64,000 bases of DNA from Planctomycetota bacterium. GTDB lineage: Bacteria; Planctomycetota; B15-G4. Below, one piece after another: positions 27,401 to 34,521 of the stretch. The first letter of the stretch is position 1. Each line of letters starts with the position of its first letter. Both the position numbers and the translations under genes were made by a program. Below the pieces are notes generated by a model. The model was not told the origin of the DNA, searched no databases, and saw only the letters and a list, made by a program, of their open reading frames with translations. The stretch lies in assembly GCA_965248575.1 (NCBI GenBank), contig CBDFJQ010000002.1, positions 1,984,001 to 2,048,000 on the forward strand, written 5' to 3'.

Positions 27401-27807
27401 AACTCCCGCTGGTGGTCAAGGCGCACACCCAGCTCGCGCATCAGGTAGGCGTAGCTCTGGTTCGGGTCCGCGGAGATGTTCAACAGAGCCTGGCGCCGCT
27501 CCATCTCACGCCACTCCTGGGTCCGGCCGTGGCGTTGTTCCCACTGCTTGAGGACGGCCGGGACCTTGTTCAGGTCCCCGGCGTGCTGCAGGGCCAGGCA
27601 GCTGTAGCGATAGGCCTCCGGGGTCCCGGGGATCAGCTGGCTCAGGGTGCTGGAACGATCGGTGGCCAGGGCGAACTGCTCCTCGAAGCCGATCACGGTG
27701 CCCTGCCCGACCGCGCCCTGCACCAGCAGCAGGGGAAGGGCGAGCCAACTGACGCCGCTCCGCATGCGACTGCCGCACTCCATCAAGATCGAAACAAGGG
27801 CGCGCAT
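21448..27807 (-). CDS. Giant (2119 aa) exported protein of unknown function, possibly macroglobulin-like architecture
   Basis: Long uninterrupted ORF with signal-like N-terminus; IGFEEQFALA, QLIPGT; C-terminal YVKVYA...FHKDGYTDLRGRFDY. Confidence 0.85.
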   Translation of the reverse strand: MRALVSILMECGSRMRSGVSWLALPLLLVQGAVGQGTVIGFEEQFALATDRSSTLSQLIPGTPEAYRYSCLALQHAGDLNKVPAVLKQWEQRHGRTQEWREMERRQALLNISADPNQSYAYLMRELGVRLDHQRELPGAVPDLPSRVDASQLTWDALATRALNRQGDGLAGFEARGLARFLASRRSGTGIVQLNDRQLMSLLSSLPTADAPELPALIVRNLESKQSRGFGSLNVHQLLTISQLDDCAARRPSLLSEMSFITEYVRRLSPPEHLDWEHDRGAKRAYLDRLESFARRLPASRSSLLAHVLYHRLAFELAQGVHDMDRFQDYLALYRLGSWVEPEYLKRRPASSELISLNESYATALPNVSNDESLVRILLEHDFRTATNYTAYEPYLRSEILRRVFAETKILYGLGDMERWYSMLDDPAGYEALKQRVEIEFAPSQPEQFAVDAAVFLDVSLKNVGTLLVKVFEVDSFKVALEQGKQVGADLELDGLVAHRESRTRIDVPALRRVERRFDFPELNRPGTWVIELIGNGLSSRAIVRKGALRATERLGAAGHVFQVYDEVGRRSPQASIYFGGHEYRANEQGEVVVPYSTDAGRKQLVLRDGERVSLRPFEHASEQYALDVSAWVDRENLLPGATARLLVRTRLTVNGRPASLELLNDPVLSLTAVTEQGVASSSEVTELELSSDAEFVHELRVPEGLRSLSLSVRGTVESLSQGEELQLVSSVDVFRLNGILGTSLSSTALLMATPDGYVLEYRGRNGEPVADQVLRVSFKHQDFKEEWTAQLKTGSDGRIQLGALPGIVSVDLNGGAGTSAVWELVPGRRSLPAQMRAVAGDAVRVPFEGTRAGAGVSLMELRRGAPAVNRTSQIVQAGAFLELRDLSPGTYRLSWLEPGRSAARTMDVLLSAGVGRDGWSVSRGELMPLDDTQLLAVSRVAMEGDELVVQLAHAGRDARVHVVATRFLPSFHPYGFLFLDGATRESGVGFSPNLSTYHEGRQIADESRYILERRLATTFPGNMLARPTLLLNPWDLREAETLIGGQGGGGGGFGARGSAGARGSAFLSASPGLDRVSANPGSFADLSFMQTPSALTANLRPDEAGAVRVPLADLGPGRQLHVLAVDRTSTIYRSLAVEDTALATRDLRLARALPSDTHMSEQRVLEFVPAGTGIVVEDVGTSQVELYDSLGSVFRLYSTLDESGSLESWRFLTGWNALAREEKLAHYDEFACHELHIFLHQKDRDFFDATVRPYLANKLVKTFLDHWLLEQDLTPYLEPYAFAQLNVLEQVLLARRLPEQAAGVARRVAELLELVAPDTAQERRLFEMALAGSALDSDDAFAEAFEDAKQVAQESAADSARAGALTGRSRKMSAAEAPSAQPKDDDMEALRSLGYNGGSAGDEEERDAALRYSSRALYRNVGNARAYAEHNYWRRRAHEHTSDLLMPNGFWLDFAQADGGAAFVSTHLAQASRHVNEMLLALAVTDLPFEAEEPGLETEGARMTITPAGAALVVRKELRQAPPSEVTTPLLVGQEIFRADQRYRFEGHQRRELYVRGELLKGVVYGSQVVVSNPTSEPRQLELLIQIPAGALPVAGSLKTRGLDVELPPLGSTKRDVYFYFPEPGVFEMYPAHVSREGEFVAAAEPRRLQVVAEPTTVDDTSWEHVSQSGTLDQVLVFLEASNSERLDLSRIAWRMKDRSVFQRVLKTLRARHRFDRSLWAYALQHRDAQAMRELLEMDAPFLGQCGPFLASPLLDIDPVQRRLYEHIEFDPLVNERAHRFGAERRILNADFAQQYEAYLRVLTYKPQLNDADWLDVTYALLLQDRVEQAQQAFSRVRRDAVDGRMQYDYAAAYLDFFTPEHAFARGLAEPYRDHPVPRWRHRFQEVLRQLDEADGLLAAAGSETDAGDPNSSGDPDRTQLMTALADSEASLELEVEAGQVLLRHAQLDQVEVGFYVMDIEFLFSSNPFVQAGGETFAAIRPNQQRQVQLDPQAGETRFSLPPALASSNVLVEVRGAGLVRRQAHYANNMVVQMIESYGQLKVTSAEGGEPLSRVYVKVYARAPGGSIRFHKDGYTDLRGRFDYVSHSGTGLGSVEAYGVLILSEQHGAVIREVAPPAE

Positions 27808-28146
27808 GAGAAGACTCCAGGTCGGGGGTGATCTTGGCCAAAGGCCGGGGACACGCGCCTCAGCATGCCCCCGGCCACAGCCTCATCCAATGGCATGCCA
27901 GCAGAGACGTACGGCATCGCCATTCCTTAGTTTGATCGAGGCTCATCCATGAAGACAGACGTAAGACGACCCCCAAGCAGGACGCCCTGTCAGGATTGAG
28001 GGGTGCCTAGGCCATGGGCAACGAAGCCAAGCTCTTCGTGCTCGACGGCCGGGGAAATGACTGGCTAGAGGGCCGCTACAACCCGCGCAGCGGGGATGTT
28101 CGCCTCTAGTGGGGCAAGCGCAGCTCGCAGGGCGTCAGTAGAACCG

Positions 28147-29406
28147 CTAGTCCACGGCCCCCGGAAACAACTCGTTCAAGGAGCGCTGCAGCGCATCCTC
28201 GTCGTAGTTGTTGGACAGCAACTCTCCGAAGCTGCAGTTCATGAACTGCATGTCCTCGGAACCCGCCATGCGATTGGGCGTCATGTTCTCGAAGCGGCAG
28301 CCCACGAAGAGGCCCTCGTCCACGCTGTGGAACTCCGGGTCGACCAGATCGAAGAGCACATTGGTGAAGCGCAGGGCGTAGGTCGGCGAACCGGCCGTGC
28401 TGACCAACTGCCCGTGCCCCGGGTTCTTGCCGAAGCCACCCAAGATCTCTGAGTCGCGCATGGCCAGCACCACGCCGTCGTCCCCGGTAAACAGCTGGCA
28501 ACCTCCGTGCCCCGCGTCGAAGCGCACCAGCCGCACCCGCGCGACGTCGAGCGAGGCGTTGCCGCTGCGCAGGTCGAACAGCCCGTCGTTGTCACAATCG
28601 ATGGTCATGTCGCGCAGGGTCAGGCGCTCCACATCGCTGCGGATGCTGATGTCCGACAGCCGCAGCAGGGTCGAGTTCATCCCCGCGCCCTCGATCGTGA
28701 CATCCGAGGGGAAGGCCTCCCCCGACGGACCGCGCAGGCGGCGCTCGTCGAGGCTGTGGATCCCCGGCGGAAAACTGATCACCAGCCCTTCCGTCACCGG
28801 CTCCTTGCTCGTAGCGAAGAGCGTTCCATCCGCGCTCGAGGCCTGGGAACGATTGCGCACGAAGCTGTCGAGGAACGCGCCCTCCAACGTGAAGTCCTCA
28901 GCCTCCTGGGCCACCCCGCTCTTCAGTGCTGCGAGAAAGGCGTTCAGCGCCCCGGCCTGCACCGCCTCGGCTTGCTCCAGGGCCGCCTGGGCAGCCTCCA
29001 GCTCGTTGAGCACCCACAGGGCGATCCTGCCAGGCAACGCCCGGACGTTCTGCTCGAAGCGCTCTCGGAAAGCCGGCAGCTCGGCCTGGATCGCGTCGGC
29101 GGACTGACCTGCGTCGGCCCGCGCCGAGCGATAGGCCCCCTCGGCGAAAGCGAACAGGCGCTCTGAGATGAGGCCGTCCGCCGAAGACTCCAAGGCCTCG
29201 GGCCGATCCCGTTGGACCACAGGGACCTCCACCAGCTGCGTTCGCGCGCGCTGCTCGAGTTCTTGGTCCGTCTCCATGTGGGCGCTGCCGGCACCCGAGC
29301 CCGCCTCCGCCCCTTGCTCGCCCCCGTCCAACCAGTGAGACCCAAAGCCGATGCCCAGCCCCAGGGCGAGCCCCGCAAGTAAGATGGCCAGCATGCGCCC
29401 CGTCAT
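28147..29406 (-). CDS. Membrane-anchored protein with pectin-lyase-like parallel beta-helix C-terminus
   Basis: N-terminal TM; VISFPPGIH, VTIEGAGMNSTLL, LTLRDMTID. Confidence 0.6.
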   Translation of the reverse strand: MTGRMLAILLAGLALGLGIGFGSHWLDGGEQGAEAGSGAGSAHMETDQELEQRARTQLVEVPVVQRDRPEALESSADGLISERLFAFAEGAYRSARADAGQSADAIQAELPAFRERFEQNVRALPGRIALWVLNELEAAQAALEQAEAVQAGALNAFLAALKSGVAQEAEDFTLEGAFLDSFVRNRSQASSADGTLFATSKEPVTEGLVISFPPGIHSLDERRLRGPSGEAFPSDVTIEGAGMNSTLLRLSDISIRSDVERLTLRDMTIDCDNDGLFDLRSGNASLDVARVRLVRFDAGHGGCQLFTGDDGVVLAMRDSEILGGFGKNPGHGQLVSTAGSPTYALRFTNVLFDLVDPEFHSVDEGLFVGCRFENMTPNRMAGSEDMQFMNCSFGELLSNNYDEDALQRSLNELFPGAVD

Positions 29407-29562
29407 GATTTGCTCCTCGACTAGCACGGGGCCGTCCATTGACCGCCCATCGCAAGGAGTCTATCCCACCAGCTCCCTGTCCCCAGCCACACGGCTCGGT
29501 ACACTCCCCGGCCAACACGCTCCGGGCCGCATGCCTCACCCTCCTTCCGAGAGACCCACCCG

Positions 29563-30912
29563 ATGCCGCAGTTCGAACACGTGCAGATCCCTGAAGGTGA
29601 CCTGATCCGCAACGAGAACGGACACCCCGTGGTGGGCGCACGCCCGATCATCGGCTTGCTCCAAGGGGACGGCATCGGCGCGGACATCACGCCCGTCATG
29701 CAAGCCGTGGTGGACACGGCCGTGCGCAGCGCCTACGGCGACGAGCGCGCCATCGCCTGGTGCCCGGTCTATGCGGGCCTCCAAGCGCTCCAGCGCTACG
29801 GCAACGAGCTGCCGGAGGAGACCTTCGACGTCATCCGCCACCTGGGCGTTGCCATCAAAGGCCCGTTCACCACCCCGATCGGCGACGAAAAATTCGTTTG
29901 CCTGCACTGTGCCCACCAACAGGACACCGACGACAGCTGCGGCGAGTGCTCCCAGACGGACGGCCTCACGCCCCGTTACCGCAGCATCAATGTGCGCCTG
30001 CGCCAACACCTCGACCTCTACGCCTGCGTGCGCCCCGTGCGCTACTTCGACGGCGTCCCCGCGCCCAACAAATACGCCGACCAGGTCGACTTCGTGATCT
30101 TCCGCGAGAACACCGAAGACGTGTACGCGGGCTTCGACTTCGAGCGGGACAGCGAGACCGCCAAGGCGGTCATCGCCCTGATGAAGGAGCAAACGGGGCG
30201 CGACATCCGACCCGACAGCGGCATCGGCATCAAGCCCATCAGCGAGACGGGCAGCAAGCGCCTGGTGCGCAAGGCCATGGCCTGGGCCGAGGCCAGGGGC
30301 CTGCCTTCGGTCACGCTCGTGCACAAGGGCAACATCATGAAGTTCACCGAGGGGGCCTTCGCCGCCTGGGGCTACGAGCTGGCCGCCGAGGAGTTCGGCC
30401 ACTGCAGCCTGTCCGAGAAGCAGCTCTGGGATGAGCACGGGGGCAAGCAACCGGAAGGCAAGATCCTGGTGAAGGACCGCATCGCCGATTCCATCTTCCA
30501 GCAGATCCAGACCCGGCCCGGCGAGTACAGCGTGCTGGCCCTGCCGAACCTCAATGGCGACTACATCTCGGACGCCGCCATCGCCCTGGTGGGCGGCCTG
30601 GGCCTCGGCCCGGGGGCCAACATCGGCGACGAAGCCGCGGTCTTCGAGGCCACCCACGGCACCGCCCCCAAGTACACCGGCCAGGACAAGGTCAACCCGG
30701 GCTCCCTGATCCTGTCTGCCGTGATGATGCTCGAGCACATGGGTTGGATCGAGCCCGCCCAACTCATCGTCGCCGGCATGCAGAACGCCATCTCGGATGG
30801 CCAGGTCACCTACGACCTGGCCCGCCTCATGCGTGCCGAGGGCCGCGAGGGCGTGAACGAGCTCTCTTGCTCGGGCTTCGGCGAGGCCATCATCGAGCGC
30901 ATGAAGTCCTGA
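29563..30912 (+). CDS. icd: NADP-dependent isocitrate dehydrogenase with Cys4 insertion
   Basis: GDGIGADI, AIKGPFTTP, RSINVRLRQ, FRENTEDVY, VHKGNIMK, NLNGDYISD, HGTAPKY, VTYDLAR. Confidence 0.96.
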   Translation: MPQFEHVQIPEGDLIRNENGHPVVGARPIIGLLQGDGIGADITPVMQAVVDTAVRSAYGDERAIAWCPVYAGLQALQRYGNELPEETFDVIRHLGVAIKGPFTTPIGDEKFVCLHCAHQQDTDDSCGECSQTDGLTPRYRSINVRLRQHLDLYACVRPVRYFDGVPAPNKYADQVDFVIFRENTEDVYAGFDFERDSETAKAVIALMKEQTGRDIRPDSGIGIKPISETGSKRLVRKAMAWAEARGLPSVTLVHKGNIMKFTEGAFAAWGYELAAEEFGHCSLSEKQLWDEHGGKQPEGKILVKDRIADSIFQQIQTRPGEYSVLALPNLNGDYISDAAIALVGGLGLGPGANIGDEAAVFEATHGTAPKYTGQDKVNPGSLILSAVMMLEHMGWIEPAQLIVAGMQNAISDGQVTYDLARLMRAEGREGVNELSCSGFGEAIIERMKS

Positions 30913-31027
30913 GGCGCTCGCTGCTGGCCTGCTGCAGCTCCATGACCCACAATGCCCGTCCTGGACCAACCGGGACCAACCGGCGCGCGCTGCCACAGCG
31001 CGACGGGTCACCTCGTAGCTGCCCACC

Positions 31028-32875
31028 ATGCCTTCTCCCCACGACCTCGCCGCGGACGCTGCCCCTCGCCCAGACCAGGGCGGGGCCGCCTCAGTCCACG
31101 GGGCCGCCTCAGTCCACGGGGCCGCTTCAGTCCACGGGGCCGCTGCTGCCCAGGGTTCCGGCGGACCAGGAGTCCAGCGAACTCCAGCCGGGCAGGGCCC
31201 GACAGCCAGCCCAGCCTTCGCACTGGCCGACGGCCTGCGCATGGGCGACCTGGAGGACAGCCTGGCCGCCCGTTTCGGCATCCGGGCGGTGGAGCTCCTG
31301 CCCCAGTGCCGGGTGTCGTGGGACAGCTTCGATGGGCGCGTGCGTCGCAGCGGGGCGAGCCTCACGACCCACGTAGATGGTGGAGGCACGCACCTCCAAT
31401 GGCTGGGCCCGCAGGGAGCCCTGGAGCTGAGCGTCCGCGGGCGCAAGCCCCTGGGCCTCGCGCGTGACTTGCCACCTGGCGATCTGCGGGACGCGGCCAG
31501 CCCCTGCCTTGGCGCTCGCAAGCTCGTTCCGCAAGTGGAGTTGGCCGTCCGCCGACTCTGCCTCGAGCTGTTGGACGACGAAGAGAAAGTGGTCGCCAGG
31601 GTGCACGTGGAGCAGACCACGGCGCGCGAGGCGGATCCCGACATGAAGCGCCTGCCCGCTGCGGACGAGGTAGACCCTGGGCTCTCGGGTTGGTTGCAGC
31701 TTCCCACCCTCGTGAAGCTCACAGGCCTGCGCGGCTATGGCGACCACGAAGCAGCCGCACTCGCCATGCTGCACGCCATGCCAGGCGCCCGGCCCACGCA
31801 AAGTGACGCCCAGAGCATGGCCCTCGCATCCCTCGGCCTGAGCGCACGCCACAACCCCACGGTGCTCACCGCCGATCTCAAGCCGCATGTGCGAGCGGAC
31901 GTCGGCGCGCGACGTCTCCACAGTTCGCTGCTCGACATGCTGTTGGCCCACGAGGCGGGCGTGCTGGAGGGAGCAGACACAGAGTTCCTGCACGACTTCC
32001 GTCTGGCCGTCACGCGCACGCACACCTTGCTGCAAGAACTCAAGGACGTCTTCCCCCAGCCGTTGGTGACCCACTTCCTGAGTGAGTTCGCCGCCCTGGA
32101 GGACGCGACACGGCCGGCCCGCGACGGGGATGTGTTCCTCCACCATGTGCGGTCAGACGAGAGCCTCAGCAAGTCCGCGAGCTTGCGCCCCTTGTTCAAG
32201 CGCGCAGAGGCCATGCGCCGGAACGCGCGCCGGCGCACGGCGGCGACCCTGGAGGCTCCGCGCTTCCAGACGCTGAAGGAAACCTGGCGCGTCTTCCTCG
32301 AGTCGCCGGACTCCTCCCTGCCTCTCCCGGAACAGGCGCCCAACAGCCTGCGGGTCGTGGCCGGCAAGCGGCTGCTGCGACATCACCGCAAGTTGCTGAA
32401 GGCCCAGGAGCGTCTGAATCAAGCCAAGCCGGATCGCGAACGGGAACTGGGGCGCGTGCTCAAGCTGACGTCGAGCATGGAGCATCTGCTGGACTGCACC
32501 CGGCCCGTCTTTGAGCAGGTATCTGGCCAGGACCCGACACGGGCCATGGCGCTTGAACGCATCGTGCGTGACGTCGCACGGCTGCAGTCCTCGCTGCGCC
32601 AGTGGAATCAGGTCCGGGTGCACGAGGCCCTGTTGACCGACATCGCCGACGGCATGGTCACTGACGGGCGTGCCAACCCCGACACATTGCTCGGCATGGG
32701 GCGCCACGCGGAGCAGCTCCGAGCGGAGGGCCGAAAGGCACTCAAGAAGGCCTCCAAGCGCCTCGCCCGGCTGTGCAAGCGCACGAGCTGCGAACGCATG
32801 CGCCTGGTGTTTTCAGCTCGGCAGGCGGGCGAGTCTGCCGCTTCGTCGCAGGCCACGGGCGAGGCCACAGCATGA
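31028..32875 (+). CDS. CHAD domain protein (polyphosphate-binding) with CYTH-like N-terminal region
   Basis: DTEFLHDFRLAVTRTHT, TRPARDGDVF, LQSSLRQWNQVRVH; N-terminal WDSFDGRV, GLRGY. Confidence 0.82.
   Translation: MPSPHDLAADAAPRPDQGGAASVHGAASVHGAASVHGAAAAQGSGGPGVQRTPAGQGPTASPAFALADGLRMGDLEDSLAARFGIRAVELLPQCRVSWDSFDGRVRRSGASLTTHVDGGGTHLQWLGPQGALELSVRGRKPLGLARDLPPGDLRDAASPCLGARKLVPQVELAVRRLCLELLDDEEKVVARVHVEQTTAREADPDMKRLPAADEVDPGLSGWLQLPTLVKLTGLRGYGDHEAAALAMLHAMPGARPTQSDAQSMALASLGLSARHNPTVLTADLKPHVRADVGARRLHSSLLDMLLAHEAGVLEGADTEFLHDFRLAVTRTHTLLQELKDVFPQPLVTHFLSEFAALEDATRPARDGDVFLHHVRSDESLSKSASLRPLFKRAEAMRRNARRRTAATLEAPRFQTLKETWRVFLESPDSSLPLPEQAPNSLRVVAGKRLLRHHRKLLKAQERLNQAKPDRERELGRVLKLTSSMEHLLDCTRPVFEQVSGQDPTRAMALERIVRDVARLQSSLRQWNQVRVHEALLTDIADGMVTDGRANPDTLLGMGRHAEQLRAEGRKALKKASKRLARLCKRTSCERMRLVFSARQAGESAASSQATGEATA
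31082..31144 (+). repeat. 18-bp in-frame tandem repeat (GAASVH x3 plus a partial copy)
   Basis: GGGGCCGCYTCAGTCCAC x3 followed by GGGGCCGCT. Confidence 0.9.
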
Positions 32876-34521
32876 AGGTCTATGCCATCTACAACATCAA
32901 GGGAGGCGTGGGCAAGACGGCGGCGGCGGTCAACCTGGCGTGGCTCTCCGCCCAGGACGGTGCGCGGACCCTGCTGTGGGACCTGGACCCCCAAGGCGCC
33001 GCGAGCTTCACCTATCGCATCAAGCCTGGCGTGAGCGGCGGCAGCAAGCGCCTCATGGCCAACAACGATGCCCTGCTCCTGTCCATCAAGGGCACGGACT
33101 ACGAAGGCCTCGACGTGCTGCCCGCCGACTTCAGCTACCGCAACCTCGACCTGCTGCTGGACCAACAGAAGAAACGCATGCGCAAACTGTCGCGCGTGCT
33201 CGAGCCCCTGGCAGCGGAGTACGACACCGTCTTCATCGACTGCGCACCAGGCATCTCGCTCGTCTCGGAGAACGTGTTTGCGGCGGCAGACGTGCTGCTG
33301 GTCCCCACCATCCCCACTGTGCTCTCCCTGCGCACCTTGGGGCGGCTCATGAAGCACCTCGGCCAGGTGAAGCGCCGCCCCGCGCGAGTGCTCCCGTTCT
33401 TCGCCATGGTCGACCGACGCAAGGCCTTGCACAAGAAGGTCTGCCGCTGGGCTCTCGAGAACAGTCGGGGCTTCCTGGAGAGCTCCATCCCCTACGCGAG
33501 CCTCGTGGAACAAATGGGGGTGCGCCGCAAACCGGTCGTCGCCTTCGCCCCACGCAGCGGCCCGTCCAAGGCGTTCAGCGCTCTGTGGCAGGAGATCGGT
33601 TCGCGCCTCCAGGAGCAGAAGTCCGCCGTGATCGCGCCTCCCGGCCGCAAGACGGTGCAACGCCTGCTGCATGACCTGCAGCCCTCCGAGGCCACTCGCT
33701 TGCCCAGCGCAGTGGAAGCCGATTCGGACATCTCCGGACTCGAGCTGGACCCGACGCCCCCGACTGCGGCAACAACGCGCGTGCCCAGCCGGGCCCAAGC
33801 CCCGGCGCCCGAGTCATCACGGGAATCGGGGTCCCCCACTGCAAGCGAACTCGAGATCAAGCTGCGCGTCTCCAGCGAGGAAGACTTCGCCCTGCTCGGC
33901 CGTGTTCTCCCCGCCCTCGGGGATGTGCTCGCCGTCCAACCCACCGAACAGTTGAATCACTTCTTCGACACCAGCGATTGGGCCCTCCAGCGCCATGCCT
34001 GCACCCTGCGGCTGCGAGAGGAAGCGGGAGTGTTCACCGTCACTGCGAAGGGCCCTGCAGAGGCGGGCACTGATGCGACGCTGACACGGCGAGCCGAAGA
34101 AGAGGTGGCCATCGATGCCGCGCGGGCTCGTCAGATCCTGGCAGGCAAGCTCTCACCCTTGGATGCGCTCCAACTGCGCCACGGTGGTGTGTCCACGACC
34201 TTGACCACCGTCTTGGCGCGAACCCTGGGCCAGCGCCCGCTCTTCCATGTGGGTTCCTTCCGGAACCAACGTCGTCGTCTCGAGCCCGTCGAGGTGCCCA
34301 CCCACGGAGGCGGGTCGATCCCGGTCCAGTTCGAGATGGATCGAACCGAGTTTCCGCACGGACGCATCGACCACGAGATCGAGGTGGAGTTGAGGGAGGG
34401 CGACGTCGCAACCGTCCGTGAGGCGCTGCGTGTGCTCTTCGCGAGGGCGGGTATTCCCTGGCGATCGGCACCGAGCAAGGCCTCGCGCTTCTTCGGAACG
34501 CTGGCTCGGGAGACGGCCTAG
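32872..34521 (+). CDS. ParA/MinD-family ATPase fused to a C-terminal CYTH (triphosphate tunnel) domain
   Basis: ATGA overlap with the CHAD gene; deviant Walker A KGGVGKT, DLDPQG, Walker B FIDCAP; CYTH motifs ELEIKL, QLNHFFDT, LRLR, TAKG, EIEVE, SKASRF. Confidence 0.9.
   Translation: MKVYAIYNIKGGVGKTAAAVNLAWLSAQDGARTLLWDLDPQGAASFTYRIKPGVSGGSKRLMANNDALLLSIKGTDYEGLDVLPADFSYRNLDLLLDQQKKRMRKLSRVLEPLAAEYDTVFIDCAPGISLVSENVFAAADVLLVPTIPTVLSLRTLGRLMKHLGQVKRRPARVLPFFAMVDRRKALHKKVCRWALENSRGFLESSIPYASLVEQMGVRRKPVVAFAPRSGPSKAFSALWQEIGSRLQEQKSAVIAPPGRKTVQRLLHDLQPSEATRLPSAVEADSDISGLELDPTPPTAATTRVPSRAQAPAPESSRESGSPTASELEIKLRVSSEEDFALLGRVLPALGDVLAVQPTEQLNHFFDTSDWALQRHACTLRLREEAGVFTVTAKGPAEAGTDATLTRRAEEEVAIDAARARQILAGKLSPLDALQLRHGGVSTTLTTVLARTLGQRPLFHVGSFRNQRRRLEPVEVPTHGGGSIPVQFEMDRTEFPHGRIDHEIEVELREGDVATVREALRVLFARAGIPWRSAPSKASRFFGTLARETA

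Noticed and set aside
28014..28109. 31-aa ORF MGNEAKLFVLDGRGNDWLEGRYNPRSGDVRL
   Set aside because: Too short, with no recognisable motif; cannot be supported without homology data.
32872..33680. Plasmid or prophage partition locus
   Set aside because: No parB, rep or phage genes; the context is chromosomal (icd) and the ATPase is fused to CYTH.
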